Shown: positions 8,847 to 18,254, counted from the first letter of the stretch. The stretch is DNA of 64,000 nucleotides from an uncultured Acidobacteriota bacterium (GCA_963730995.1 CAVSUB010000004.1:552900-616899); one strand, 5' to 3'. A program made the numbers and translations. Notes: generated by a model not told the origin, from the sequence alone.

Positions 8847-11038
8847 CGTCGGAACCTTCCACGGGCCCGATCAGGGCGACGCTGATCGACATCGCCAACT
8901 GCATCGGCTGCCGGGCGTGCCAGGTGGCCTGCAAGCAGTGGAACGAGCGCGAGGGCGAGGACACCGAGCTCGAAGCTGACCTGGGGTTCCAGAACCCGGC
9001 GGTGCTCAGCGCGAAGACGTACACCCTCATCAAGTTCCTCGAGATGGAGAACCCGGCCAAGCCGGGCGGGCTGGATGCCAATTACGTGATGCAGCGGTGC
9101 CTCCATTGCCTGGAGCCGGCCTGCGTCTCCGCCTGCCCGACGACCGCGCTCCAGCGCCAACCCGACGGTCCGGTGTCGTACGACGCCGACGAGTGCATCG
9201 GCTGCCGCTACTGCATGCTGGCGTGTCCGTGGGACGTGCCGACCGCGGATTGGAATTCGCGCGCCCCGAAGATCTCGAAGTGCACGCATTGCGCCGACCG
9301 CGTCGCTCAGCCGGTGCCGATCGCGTTCAACGGACAGGCGTTGTCCGAGGACGCGGGTAAGCGGTTCGCCGACACCATCGCGGTTCCCGCCTGCGTCAAG
9401 GCGTGCCCCGCCGACGCCCTGCGCTACGGAACCCGGGACGAGATGCTGGCGCTCGCGCACAAGCGTATTGCGGACCGGCCCGACAAGTACGTCGACCACG
9501 TCTACGGAGAGAAGGAGCTGGGCGGGACGAGCGTGCTGTATCTGTCGAGAGTGCCGTTCGATAAGCTCGGCTTCCCGACGTATGGCGAGAAGCCCTTTCC
9601 GGCCTTCACCAAGACGGCGCTCGGCGCCGTTCCCCCCGCCGTGATGGCCGTCGGCGCCCTGCTCGGCGCCGCGTACGCCTCCTTCCGAAAACGGGTTCAG
9701 AAGGTGGCGGACGCCTCGGCTGCGTCGAAGCATTCCGAACACCACGGCCACGTCGAGTTCGAGCCTCTCCGGAAGGAGCTGATGACCCCCTTCAACTGGG
9801 TCCTCCTCCTGATCATGGCGTTTGGCGCCATCACGTTCGTCGCGCGGTTCGCTCTGGGGCTCGGCGGAAGCACGAACCTCTCCGACACATACCCGTGGGG
9901 CCTGTGGATCCTCTTCGACCTTGTGTGGATCGCGGTGGCCGCGGGCGCCTTCGTGCTGGCCGGCGTGATCTATGTCTTCCAGCGAAAGGACCTCTACGGG
10001 CTGGGGCGCACCGCCGTCCTGATGGGCCTCCTGAGCTACTCCTTCGTGACGGTCACTCTCGTCGCCGACCTCGGGCTGCCCTGGAACTCATACCAGCTCG
10101 CCCTCCAGGCTCCGGAGCACTCGGCGATGTTCGAGGTCTCGTGGTGTGTCGGCCTCTACGTCACGATCCTCCTGCTCGAGTTCCTGCCAGTGCCCTTCGA
10201 GCAATGGGGATTCCAGCGAGCCGCGGCGGTCTTGCGGAGATGGAACGGCGCCTACGTTGCGGCGGCGGTGACGCTCTTCGTCTACCTGATGTCGCGCAAC
10301 CTCCTCTACGCCCTCGCGACGGCCGTGGTCTTCGGCACCCTCGCCTGGATCTTCCGCGCGCGGGACCAGAAAGCCGAACCGATCATGCTCGCGATCGCCG
10401 CCGTCACGCTGTCGACCATGCACCAGAGCTCGCTCGGCTCCCTGTACCTGCTGATGCCGAACATGCTCGCCTCGCAGTGGTGGTCTCCCGTGATGCCCGT
10501 TTCCTTCTTCCTGTCGTCGATCGCGGCCGGAACCGCGCTCGTGATCCTCATCGACATGTGGATCTCGAAGGGGTGGCGCCGCCCGCTCGAGATCGCGCGG
10601 CTCGCCTCGGTCGGGCAGATCGCATTCTGGGCGCTGCTCGCCTACCTCGTGTTTCGCCTCGGCGACATGGCGATCCGCAACCAGCTCTCCGGCGCCTTCG
10701 CCGGAAGGCTCGGAATGGCCTTCGCGGCCGAGATTCTTCTCGGTGGCGTGCTTCCGCTCATCCTGCTGGCCCGCAAGTCGCTTCGGCAGCGTGCGGACGT
10801 GCTGTTCGTCGCGGCCCTCCTCACGGTCCTCGGCGTGGCGTACAACCGCATGAACGTCGTCCTCTTCGCGATGACTTTCCGGGGCCGGATGCCCTGGGGC
10901 GCACCGGAAGTGTACGCGCCGTCGATCGTCGAGTGGGGCGTGTCGATCGGCCTGATCGCCGCCACCATCTTCTTGTTCGGTCTCGGCGCGCGGCTGATGC
11001 CCGTGCTGTCAAAGAATGAAGTGGCGCACACCGCATGA
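8843..11038 (+). CDS. formate dehydrogenase Fe-S subunit (FdnH/HybA-like, four 4Fe-4S motifs) fused to an NrfD/PsrC-like polytopic membrane domain
   Basis: N-terminal motifs CIGCRACQVACK, CLHCLEPACVSACP, CIGCRYCMLACP and CTHC..., then a TM anchor. These are followed by about 430 aa of repeated TM helices typical of NrfD-type quinone-interacting subunits. The start overlaps the fdnG stop (ATGA). Confidence 0.8.
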   Translation: MTSEPSTGPIRATLIDIANCIGCRACQVACKQWNEREGEDTELEADLGFQNPAVLSAKTYTLIKFLEMENPAKPGGLDANYVMQRCLHCLEPACVSACPTTALQRQPDGPVSYDADECIGCRYCMLACPWDVPTADWNSRAPKISKCTHCADRVAQPVPIAFNGQALSEDAGKRFADTIAVPACVKACPADALRYGTRDEMLALAHKRIADRPDKYVDHVYGEKELGGTSVLYLSRVPFDKLGFPTYGEKPFPAFTKTALGAVPPAVMAVGALLGAAYASFRKRVQKVADASAASKHSEHHGHVEFEPLRKELMTPFNWVLLLIMAFGAITFVARFALGLGGSTNLSDTYPWGLWILFDLVWIAVAAGAFVLAGVIYVFQRKDLYGLGRTAVLMGLLSYSFVTVTLVADLGLPWNSYQLALQAPEHSAMFEVSWCVGLYVTILLLEFLPVPFEQWGFQRAAAVLRRWNGAYVAAAVTLFVYLMSRNLLYALATAVVFGTLAWIFRARDQKAEPIMLAIAAVTLSTMHQSSLGSLYLLMPNMLASQWWSPVMPVSFFLSSIAAGTALVILIDMWISKGWRRPLEIARLASVGQIAFWALLAYLVFRLGDMAIRNQLSGAFAGRLGMAFAAEILLGGVLPLILLARKSLRQRADVLFVAALLTVLGVAYNRMNVVLFAMTFRGRMPWGAPEVYAPSIVEWGVSIGLIAATIFLFGLGARLMPVLSKNEVAHTA

Positions 11039-11817
11039 CCCGGGACGTGTGGCTGGCGCGGCATCCCTACCTGCAGCCGGTCGCGGACGTGCAATCGCTC
11101 GTCGAAGCGGCGGCAGACGGGATTGCCGTCCCCAGCGCGCCGACCCCCGACTGGGAGCATTACGCCGCGGACTTTCACGCGGGCATGCCGTTGCTGCGGA
11201 GCTCCACGGTTGCGTTCGACTTCAGCGCGGTCGAAACGGCCGTTCACTCGCTTATCAGGAGTCTTGCGTCGGCTTCATTGCCGGAACCGCTGGCGGCACC
11301 GTGCCGGGACCTCGAAGCGGAGATCGAGACGACGGATTCGCGCTCGCCGGGGCATCCCGGACTGCTCCACTACCTGGGATGGGTAGTCCTGGTTCGTTAC
11401 CTGGCACCGGTCGTCAGCGCCTTCGATGCGTGGCGGGACGAGGAGCAGTGGCTCCGCAACTATTGCCCGATGTGCGGCGAGCCGCCGACGATGGCGCAGC
11501 TGGTGGGGAAGGATCCGGGCCGCATGCGCATGCTGTCGTGCGGCCGCTGCCGCACCCGCTGGCGCTACAGCCGCACCGCTTGTCCGTTCTGCGACGCGCA
11601 GGGCGAACATCGTCTGGCAGTGGTGGCGGTCGAAGGCGAGGCGGGATTGCGCATCGACTACTGCGACGGGTGTAGCGGCTATCTCAAGACCTACGACGGC
11701 GAGGGGAGCGAGAGCGTCCTGCTCGCCGACTGGACGTCACTCCACCTCGACATGATTGCCCGCGATCGCGGCCTCAAGCGGCTGGCTGCGTCGCTCTACG
11801 ATCTCGACGCGCGCTAG
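11035..11817 (+). CDS. fdhE: formate dehydrogenase accessory protein FdhE
   Basis: Paired Cys motifs CPMCGE..., CGRCRTRW, CPFCD and YCDGCSGYLK are characteristic of FdhE. The start overlaps the upstream stop (ATGA). Confidence 0.85.
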   Translation: MTRDVWLARHPYLQPVADVQSLVEAAADGIAVPSAPTPDWEHYAADFHAGMPLLRSSTVAFDFSAVETAVHSLIRSLASASLPEPLAAPCRDLEAEIETTDSRSPGHPGLLHYLGWVVLVRYLAPVVSAFDAWRDEEQWLRNYCPMCGEPPTMAQLVGKDPGRMRMLSCGRCRTRWRYSRTACPFCDAQGEHRLAVVAVEGEAGLRIDYCDGCSGYLKTYDGEGSESVLLADWTSLHLDMIARDRGLKRLAASLYDLDAR

Positions 11818-12051
11818 ACCGCTCGCCCGATCGCGCGCGCCCCGCAAACAGGCTCCGCTTTTCAGATCTCCTTCAGCGCAACGAGCCGCGCCCGATCAGC
11901 TGACAGCTGACGGCGAGAGCCGCTCAGGCGTAGGCATCGGTCACATTCCTCCCTCGCGGTCCGTCATGCTGGTGACGGACCACTGGTGATAGCTTCTTCC
12001 TCACAAAAGCACGAACTTCCGCTTCGGGCTCCGTCTTCTGAGGAGGTCCCA

Positions 12052-12266
12052 TTGAACTGGAACAGGTGGATTCGGCAGACGCACCGCTGGGTGGCCATTG
12101 CCTTTACGGTGACGGTCATCGCCAACTTCATCGCGCTGGCACAGGGGGTGGGATGCCGCCGCCGTGGGTGACCTACTCGCCGTTGCCCCCGCTCGCCTTG
12201 CTCCTGTTCACCGGTCTGTACATGTTCGTGCTTCCGTATGCCACCAGGTGGCGCAGCGGCCGGTGA
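12052..12266 (+). CDS. small two-TM membrane protein (frameshift in a G5 run at 12143-12147)
   Basis: GAGGAGG followed by a TTG start. The protein LNWNRWIRQTHRWVAIAFTVTVIANFIALAQGV continues in ORF 12066..12266 as MPPPWVTYSPLPPLALLLFTGLYMFVLPY. Confidence 0.4.
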
Positions 12267-12271
12267 CAACC

Positions 12272-12760
12272 ATGAAGAAAGCGACAACCACGATGATCAA
12301 GACGATGAAAAGGAAGAGTGCCTCGAAGCTAGGAGAAGGAGGAGACTCTCCCTCCCGGCTGATAGATGCGAGGATCAAGGAGGTGGGTGACTGGCGTGGC
12401 GAGATGCTCGCACGCGTCCGAATGCTCATCAAGCAGGTCGACCCCGAAGTGGTCGAGGAGTGGAAGTGGAGAGGGGTTCCGGTGTGGTCGCACGCCGGAA
12501 TGATCTGCACAGGCGAGACGTACAAGAATCTCGTAAAGGTTACCTTCGCCAAGGGCGCCTCACTGGAGGACCCTTCGGACCTCTTCAACTCCAGCCTCGA
12601 GGGCAACACCCGTCGCGCCATCGACTTCCATGAGGGCGACAAGATCGATGAAAAGGCGTTGAAGGCGCTCATTCGCGCCGCCGTGGCGTTGAACACGTCG
12701 GCTCGAGCTGCCGCTCGCCCACGCGGAACCCGGACTCCTCAAAGCCGAGCGATACGCTGA
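12272..12760 (+). CDS. DUF1801 (YdhG-like) domain protein
   Basis: ATG at 12272 inside ORF 12164..12760. The segment IKEVGDWRGEMLARVRMLIKQVDPEVVEEWKWRGVPVWSH...VKVTFAKGASL is typical of DUF1801. Confidence 0.7.
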   Translation: MKKATTTMIKTMKRKSASKLGEGGDSPSRLIDARIKEVGDWRGEMLARVRMLIKQVDPEVVEEWKWRGVPVWSHAGMICTGETYKNLVKVTFAKGASLEDPSDLFNSSLEGNTRRAIDFHEGDKIDEKALKALIRAAVALNTSARAAARPRGTRTPQSRAIR

Positions 12761-12820
12761 TTTCCCTGTGGGCTCCGCGACCCCAACCCTCTTGCCGCGA
12801 GGTGGCGGGTCCGCGTCAAT

Positions 12821-13575
12821 TCATTTCGACGAGGATCCAAGGATGTCCAGCGTCTTCCGGATCAATGAATCGAGATGGGGTGGCCTCAGAATATCGACAT
12901 GGCCACAAGGCAACTCGAACACGGAGAGGCGGTCGGCGGTAACGACAGTCGCCCAGGCGTCGCGGGCAGGCACGAGGCGATCGAAGACGCCCTGATGCTC
13001 CTGCCTGGACGTCAGTACGTGGACGCGCCCGTTGTAGGGACGAGGACGAAAGTCCTGTGCGGCCCGATACGTCTTCCTGTAGGGCACCGCTTTCCTGACC
13101 GGGTCACCCTTGACCGTGCCGATCAGGCGCTCCTTCAGGCCCCGCAGCCGCCACTGGATATTGCGCAGTCGGCTCGACAGCGCTGACCTGTCGCCCAGTG
13201 CGGAAGGCGATAGTCCGGTGCGGATGAGACTCGCAACGGCGGCCAGAACAGAGCGCTGTTCGAGTACAACGGGGTAGGAGTCCCAGAGAATCAACTCCTC
13301 GACGCGTTCCCCTGCCTCGCTGAGTTGGCACGCCATCTCGAACGCGACAAGGCCACCGAACGAAAATCCGACGAAACAGTAAGGGCCATTCGGGCAGATT
13401 CGACGGACCTGCGAAACCAGGACGCGGCGACCTCCTCGATCGCGGTGCTGTGAGGGTCGTCGGCCCTGATCGGCGGAAACGCCAGGCGATCGAAGTAAGG
13501 ATGGCGCCCGGCCAGTGCCTTGACCATCGGCGCTGGAAACACTCCGTAGCCTTCCATGACCGGAACGTAGAACAC
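12821..13575 (-). CDS. thioesterase-domain (alpha/beta hydrolase) protein, one frameshift near 13400, start unclear
   Basis: ORF 13291..13575 (FYVPVMEGYGVF...) and ORF 12821..13336 join through a third frame that carries GFSFGG (the GxSxG motif). The C-terminal part ends ...CGHVDILRPPH. Confidence 0.55.
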
Positions 13576-13668
13576 GGGTGTTCCGGGGCCGTCGCCGAGC
13601 AGGCCGACACCCTCAGCCGATGGCGGCCGCCCCGGGGAGAGCCTGCCAGATCGTGCTGTTGAGTTCGG

Positions 13669-14559
13669 TTACCCCTTTCCGTCCTCGGCCATCAGGATCC
13701 GTTTGACCTCCTGGAGCTCGTTTTTCTTTGCCTCGGTCACCCTGGGAAACGAGAGCTCGAGGTCGGCCATCGTCTGCCAGACGATCGCAGCCACGGCCAG
13801 GCGCGTGAACCATTTGTTGTTCGCAGGGACGACGTACCACGGCGCGTGCGACGTGCTCGTGTTCGCGAGCATGTCCTCGTAGGCCTTCATGTAGTCGTCC
13901 CAGAACGTGCGCTCCTTGGCATCGCCGATCGAGAACTTCCAGTTCTTGTCTTCTTCGTCGATGCGCGACAGGAACCTGCGGCGCTGTTCGTCCTTCGAAA
14001 CATTCAGGAAGAACTTGAGGACGACCGTGCCGTTGTTGGTGAGGTACTCTTCGAATGCGCAGATTTCCCGGAAGCGGCGCTTCCAGATTCCTGACCCTTT
14101 CAGATTTTCGGGAAGCTGCTGGGATGCGAGGATCTCCCGGTGCACGCGCGCGACGAGGACTTCTTCGTAGTACGACCGGTTGTGGATGCCGATGCGTCCG
14201 CGCTCGGGGAGCGCCTTCATCGAACGCCACAGATAATCGTGGTCCCGCTCTTCGGCCGACGGACCCTTGAACGAGAACACCTGGCACCCTTGCGGGTTGA
14301 CGCCGGAGAGCACGTGCCGGATTGCCCCGTCTTTCCCGGCGGCGTCCATGGCCTGAAAGATCACCAGCACCGAGTACGTGTCCTGCGCGTACAACAACGC
14401 CTGCTGCTTGGACAACCGCTTGACGCCATCCAGCAGCATCGTCTTGGCCTTGGTGGCGTCCTTCACCGAGCCGGTCCAGTCCGGATCGTACTTCTTGAGT
14501 CGAACCTTCCGGCCCGGAGGTACGGACAACCGCTGCATCAACTTTCGGATTTCTTTCAT
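13669..14559 (-). CDS. ppk2: polyphosphate kinase 2 family protein
   Basis: MKEIRKL start with an AAGGAG ribosome-binding site. FQAMDAAGKDGAIRHV (Walker A-like) and the DHDYLWR and HNRSYYEEV motifs are typical of PPK2. Confidence 0.85.
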   Translation of the reverse strand: MKEIRKLMQRLSVPPGRKVRLKKYDPDWTGSVKDATKAKTMLLDGVKRLSKQQALLYAQDTYSVLVIFQAMDAAGKDGAIRHVLSGVNPQGCQVFSFKGPSAEERDHDYLWRSMKALPERGRIGIHNRSYYEEVLVARVHREILASQQLPENLKGSGIWKRRFREICAFEEYLTNNGTVVLKFFLNVSKDEQRRRFLSRIDEEDKNWKFSIGDAKERTFWDDYMKAYEDMLANTSTSHAPWYVVPANNKWFTRLAVAAIVWQTMADLELSFPRVTEAKKNELQEVKRILMAEDGKG

Positions 14560-14606
14560 CGTGATCTCCTTTTTCGCAGGAATGATTAGCGTTCTTGTGG
14601 GAATCG

Positions 14607-15581
14607 TCAACGCCTTACCGTGACGCGGTCGCCGATCTCAATGGTCATCAGGTCTTCGCCGAATTGAACGGGTCCTGCGTACGCCTGCCTGACGAGCGGA
14701 AGCGTGGCCGCAGGGTCGACGTTGTAGTGGGAGAAGACGGCGAGCTTTGGCTTCACGCGCTCGAAGATTCGTCCGGCTTCCGCGCCGTCCGTGTGATGCT
14801 CGGCGATGACCCGGCCCTGCCTGCGTGTTGTCCGCGTGCCTGGAATCAGCTCGTCCGGTGGACCGATGAGCACGGGGTCCTGTTTCGATCTGCCGACTTC
14901 GTGAATCAGCAGGTCAACACCCTGCGAGAACTTGACGAGATTGTCAGAGGGCTTCGTGTCTCCGGACAAAACGGCGGAGTGGCCCCGGTAGTCGATCCGG
15001 TATCCAAACGCCGGGCTCACCGGCGAGTGATCGACCAGAAATGCTGTGACCTTGACGTCGTTGGCCGTGTAGACGACGCCCTCGTGGATGTCTGTCACGT
15101 TGGCTTTAATGCCGTCTGCCGGAAACTTCTCGTCGACATCGCGCCGAATCCGAATGTCGAACGCGAACGCCTTCTGCAGGTGGCCGACCATGTCGCGTGT
15201 GCCGCGCGGCCCCCACACCTGTAACGGCACGGAGCGGCCCGAAGATGCCCACGGAAACAAGTAGAGCTCCGGCAGCCCGGCAATGTGGTCGGAATGAAGA
15301 TGCGTCAAGAACACCTTCGTCACTCCGGCGGGATTGATCTTCAGCCGGGCGAGACCAGTCATCAGGCTTCGGCCGCAGTCGAACAGCAGCGTCTCCGAGC
15401 CGGCCGTCACCAGGGTGCTGATGCCCAGTCGTTGCGCATTGGCAACCGGACCACTGAGCGTTCCCAGGAGCGTCACCTTCAAGAGGGAGTCGTCCGTCCG
15501 CCCGGCCGGCTCCTGCGAGCGCATGGTGCCGTGCGCAGCAATGAGCAGCAGACCCACGAGTAGACCGAATCTGGCTTTCAT
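14607..15581 (-). CDS. secreted MBL-fold metallo-hydrolase
   Basis: Signal peptide MKARFGLLVGLLLIAAHG and the HxHxDH motif THLHSDHIAG. Confidence 0.8.
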   Translation of the reverse strand: MKARFGLLVGLLLIAAHGTMRSQEPAGRTDDSLLKVTLLGTLSGPVANAQRLGISTLVTAGSETLLFDCGRSLMTGLARLKINPAGVTKVFLTHLHSDHIAGLPELYLFPWASSGRSVPLQVWGPRGTRDMVGHLQKAFAFDIRIRRDVDEKFPADGIKANVTDIHEGVVYTANDVKVTAFLVDHSPVSPAFGYRIDYRGHSAVLSGDTKPSDNLVKFSQGVDLLIHEVGRSKQDPVLIGPPDELIPGTRTTRRQGRVIAEHHTDGAEAGRIFERVKPKLAVFSHYNVDPAATLPLVRQAYAGPVQFGEDLMTIEIGDRVTVRR

Positions 15582-15725
15582 CCTCGCCTTTCGGGCAATC
15601 CGACCGATGTCCTTGTTCGACCCCGCTTTAGGCCGTCGATGCCTCGATGCCTTCGCGCGGATGGTCTCAAAGGTATCCCATAAGAAAATAGACGTGAGAA
15701 CTTGAAGTGGGGAACGTCAATCATA

Positions 15726-15905
15726 TCAGCGGCCCGCGCCTGCTCATGGCAGGACGCGCAGGCGTGCGTCCGGTTGCCGGAAAGCCGCGTGTCGTTAGAA
15801 CAGATGTCGTCCGAGGTCGACCTTCGCCTCGGTCATGGGGCTGTCGGCTGGAATCGTCGGTGGCGGAAAGCCCGAGGGTACGCCCACTGTGCCGCGGCAA
15901 GACCC
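15726..15905 (-). pseudogene. remnant of a di-haem cytochrome c peroxidase/MauG-family gene (N-terminal ~50 codons, frameshifted, truncated)
   Basis: The minus strand reads ...[22 protein letters not shown], then stops. After a +1 shift it reads DTRLSGNRTHACASCHEQARA. This matches the conserved CCP N-terminal block (DNP.T..KV.LG..LF.D..LS...SCASCH). Nothing CCP-like follows. Confidence 0.5.
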
Positions 15906-15951
15906 GACTCACGGTGATACGATTCGGACCGATTTGCGCTGAAAGGGTCGA

Positions 15952-16383
15952 ATGGCACTTCTCACAGCGAGAGCCGCGGCTGAAAGGCTCGGAGTCGGGT
16001 ACTCCACGATCAAACGGTGGGTCCGCAACGGCAAGGTCCGAACGACTCGGACCGAGGGCGGTCATCATCGAGTCGCGGATTCGGAGATCGAAAGACTGCT
16101 GGCACGTCAACAGGCGCCTCCACGCCGGCGTGTGACCGCTCCAGTCGATGCCGAGTCGCTGGGGGGATTGAGCGCGCGGAATCGTCTGTGGGGATTCATC
16201 GACGAGGTGCGCGTGGACGGCCTTCTCGCCCAGGTCCGCCTTCGGATAGGCAACCAGGTGCTCACCGCGGTCATCACTGCTGATGCGGTTCGAGCGCTGA
16301 AGCTTCGAAGGGGCGAGGATGCTATCGCAATCGTGAAGTCGACCGAAGTGATGATCGCGCGGCCGTTCAAAGGGCCGAAATGA
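15952..16383 (+). CDS. HTH (excisionase/MerR-type) plus TOBE-domain regulator, putative molybdate/tungstate-responsive
   Basis: N-terminal LLTARAAAERLGVGYSTIKRWVRNGKV and C-terminal SARNRLWGFIDEVRVDGLLAQVRLRIGNQVLTAVITADAV, a TOBE/Mop fold signature. Confidence 0.75.
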   Translation: MALLTARAAAERLGVGYSTIKRWVRNGKVRTTRTEGGHHRVADSEIERLLARQQAPPRRRVTAPVDAESLGGLSARNRLWGFIDEVRVDGLLAQVRLRIGNQVLTAVITADAVRALKLRRGEDAIAIVKSTEVMIARPFKGPK

Positions 16384-17078
16384 GTCTGAGAACTCCCCGG
16401 CCGCTGTGTATGCGCGCATTGATTGTCTCGGCCGCGTTCAGCCTGATCATCGTCTCGCCCTCCAGTGCCAGCAACTTTCGACAGGCGGCGGTGGACGGGG
16501 CGACGGGCCCCGCCGGGGCGATTCCCTACTTTGTCGCTGACGGCACCGGCCGGACGGGTTACCGCGCCGGAGATCGGGAGCTTGCGACGTGGGCACTCGC
16601 CGCGTGGCAGCGGAGTGCCGGCCCCACGCTGCGATTCGAGCAGGCACCTGAGAAGCAGGCACTGTTGCGGGTGTACTGGGCCGATCCGGCCGACGGCCAG
16701 TACGGTGAAATGGTGCCCTTCATGGTCGGAGAGCGGCGCGGCGCGGCACTCTACATCCGACCAGATACTGCGGCGCTCGGTCCTGAGATCGCTCGTCACA
16801 CCCGCGGCGACCCACTGCTGCGTGACAGCATCGTCTATCTGACGTGCCTCCACGAGCTCGGGCATGCGCTCGGGCTGCACCACACGGACGTGTTCGCCGA
16901 AATCATGTACTCCTTTCAGTTCGGCGGCGACCTGGTCGAGTATTTCATGCGCTACCGTCGGCAGCTCAGATCGAGAGCCGACATCGCCGCCGTTTCAGGA
17001 TTGGCCGCGTCCGACATCGAGCACCTGAGAGCCTTGTACTCCGCGCGCCAGCCGCTCCTTCGGTTACCATCCCCATAG
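16380..17078 (+). CDS. matrixin-like (M10) zinc metalloprotease, secreted
   Basis: The motif HELGHALGLHHTD is present, along with a signal-like N-terminus. The start overlaps the upstream stop (ATGA). Confidence 0.75.
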   Translation: MSLRTPRPLCMRALIVSAAFSLIIVSPSSASNFRQAAVDGATGPAGAIPYFVADGTGRTGYRAGDRELATWALAAWQRSAGPTLRFEQAPEKQALLRVYWADPADGQYGEMVPFMVGERRGAALYIRPDTAALGPEIARHTRGDPLLRDSIVYLTCLHELGHALGLHHTDVFAEIMYSFQFGGDLVEYFMRYRRQLRSRADIAAVSGLAASDIEHLRALYSARQPLLRLPSP

Positions 17079-17114
17079 CCCAGCCTTCACTAGTCCATTG
17101 ATGAGGGAGTGAGT

Positions 17115-18254
17115 ATGCACGTGCGCCGCGCCTTCGCTTCTGCAACGGTTCTCGCCACGGCGATGTTGGCGTGGTCGTCAGCCACGTTCGCACAAGGCGG
17201 GGCGCCCCAGGCACCGCCCGCAGGTCAGGGCCGTGGTGGCGGGGGAGTGGCGTTCGGACCGCCCACCGACAAGACGCCCTATGACGACTACACGGGCTTC
17301 ACGAAGATCTTCGACGGCAAGACGTTCACGAACTGGCTGGGCGAGACGGACGTGTGGTCCATTCAGGACGGCACGCTCCACGCCGACACGACCAAGACGC
17401 CGGGGCAGCATCACATCCATTACGTCGGGCCCGGTGCGGTGATGCGTGACTTCACACTCAAGGTCGAGGTGAAACTCTCCGCGACTGGCGCCAATGGCGG
17501 CGTCCAATACCGCAGCCGGCTCCTCCACCCAGCACACGGCGGGTCGATCGCCGATCCGCTCGGCAAGCCGCTGCCCGCCAACGTGACGACGATGGATCAG
17601 GCGGTGGCGGCGGGGATCACGTCCGCGCCCGCCCCGCGGGGCGGGGGCCCGGGTGCCGCGGGAGGCCGAGGGGGCGCGCCGGGTGCGGGCCCCGGCGGCG
17701 CTCCGGGCGGAGGCGCTCGCCCGGGCGGTCCCGGCGCCACGTCCCCTCCTGACGCGAATGCCTGCGTCGGAGAAGTCGGCCGCCTCAGACCCGCAGCGCC
17801 GTCTGCGGCACAAGGGACCGCGCCCGGTGCTGCGCCGACCGGGAATCCCTGGCAGGTGAGCGGCTACCAGTTCGACATGGATTCGGCCAACCAATACACC
17901 GGTCAACTCTATGAAGGTCAGGGACGCAACATCATCACGTCGCCCGGCACGATCGGCATGCTGCTGCCGGGCGCCTGCAAGATTCTGCTCGGCACGATCA
18001 ATCCCGATCCGAAGTCGGCCGTGAAGCCGCATCAGGGACTCGACGGCGAGTGGCAGCAGATCGAAATCATCGCCCGCGGCAACACGCTGGTCCACATCAT
18101 CAACGGCCAGGTCATGTCGGTCACGATCGACGACGACCCGTCAGCGCGCGCGCCGCAGGGCATCCTGTCACTGCAGCTCGAGGGCAGTGGTCAGATCTGG
18201 TATCGCAACGTCTACCTCAAAGCGATCGACAAGCCGCTGGAATTCCCGCGTTGA
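17115..18254 (+). CDS. DUF1080 (3-keto-disaccharide hydrolase-like) domain protein with a Gly/Pro/Ala-rich insert
   Basis: Signal peptide, then FDGKTFTNWLGETDVWSIQDGTLHAD. The C-terminal part reads WQQIEIIARGNTLVHIINGQVM...GILSLQLEGSGQIWYRNVYLK. A low-complexity insert lies at about 17610-17850. Confidence 0.7.
   Translation: MHVRRAFASATVLATAMLAWSSATFAQGGAPQAPPAGQGRGGGGVAFGPPTDKTPYDDYTGFTKIFDGKTFTNWLGETDVWSIQDGTLHADTTKTPGQHHIHYVGPGAVMRDFTLKVEVKLSATGANGGVQYRSRLLHPAHGGSIADPLGKPLPANVTTMDQAVAAGITSAPAPRGGGPGAAGGRGGAPGAGPGGAPGGGARPGGPGATSPPDANACVGEVGRLRPAAPSAAQGTAPGAAPTGNPWQVSGYQFDMDSANQYTGQLYEGQGRNIITSPGTIGMLLPGACKILLGTINPDPKSAVKPHQGLDGEWQQIEIIARGNTLVHIINGQVMSVTIDDDPSARAPQGILSLQLEGSGQIWYRNVYLKAIDKPLEFPR

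Noticed and set aside
12768-13662. Several short plus-strand ORFs (12768..12995, 12875..13186, 13450..13662)
   Set aside because: They are antisense to the thioesterase-domain gene, and no motifs were recognised.
15582-15951. Long leader upstream of the HTH-TOBE regulator considered as a molybdenum-cofactor riboswitch
   Set aside because: A few GGAAAG/AAAGG strings are present, but I could not assemble the conserved Moco-motif helices. The region is better explained by the CCP gene remnant on the other strand.
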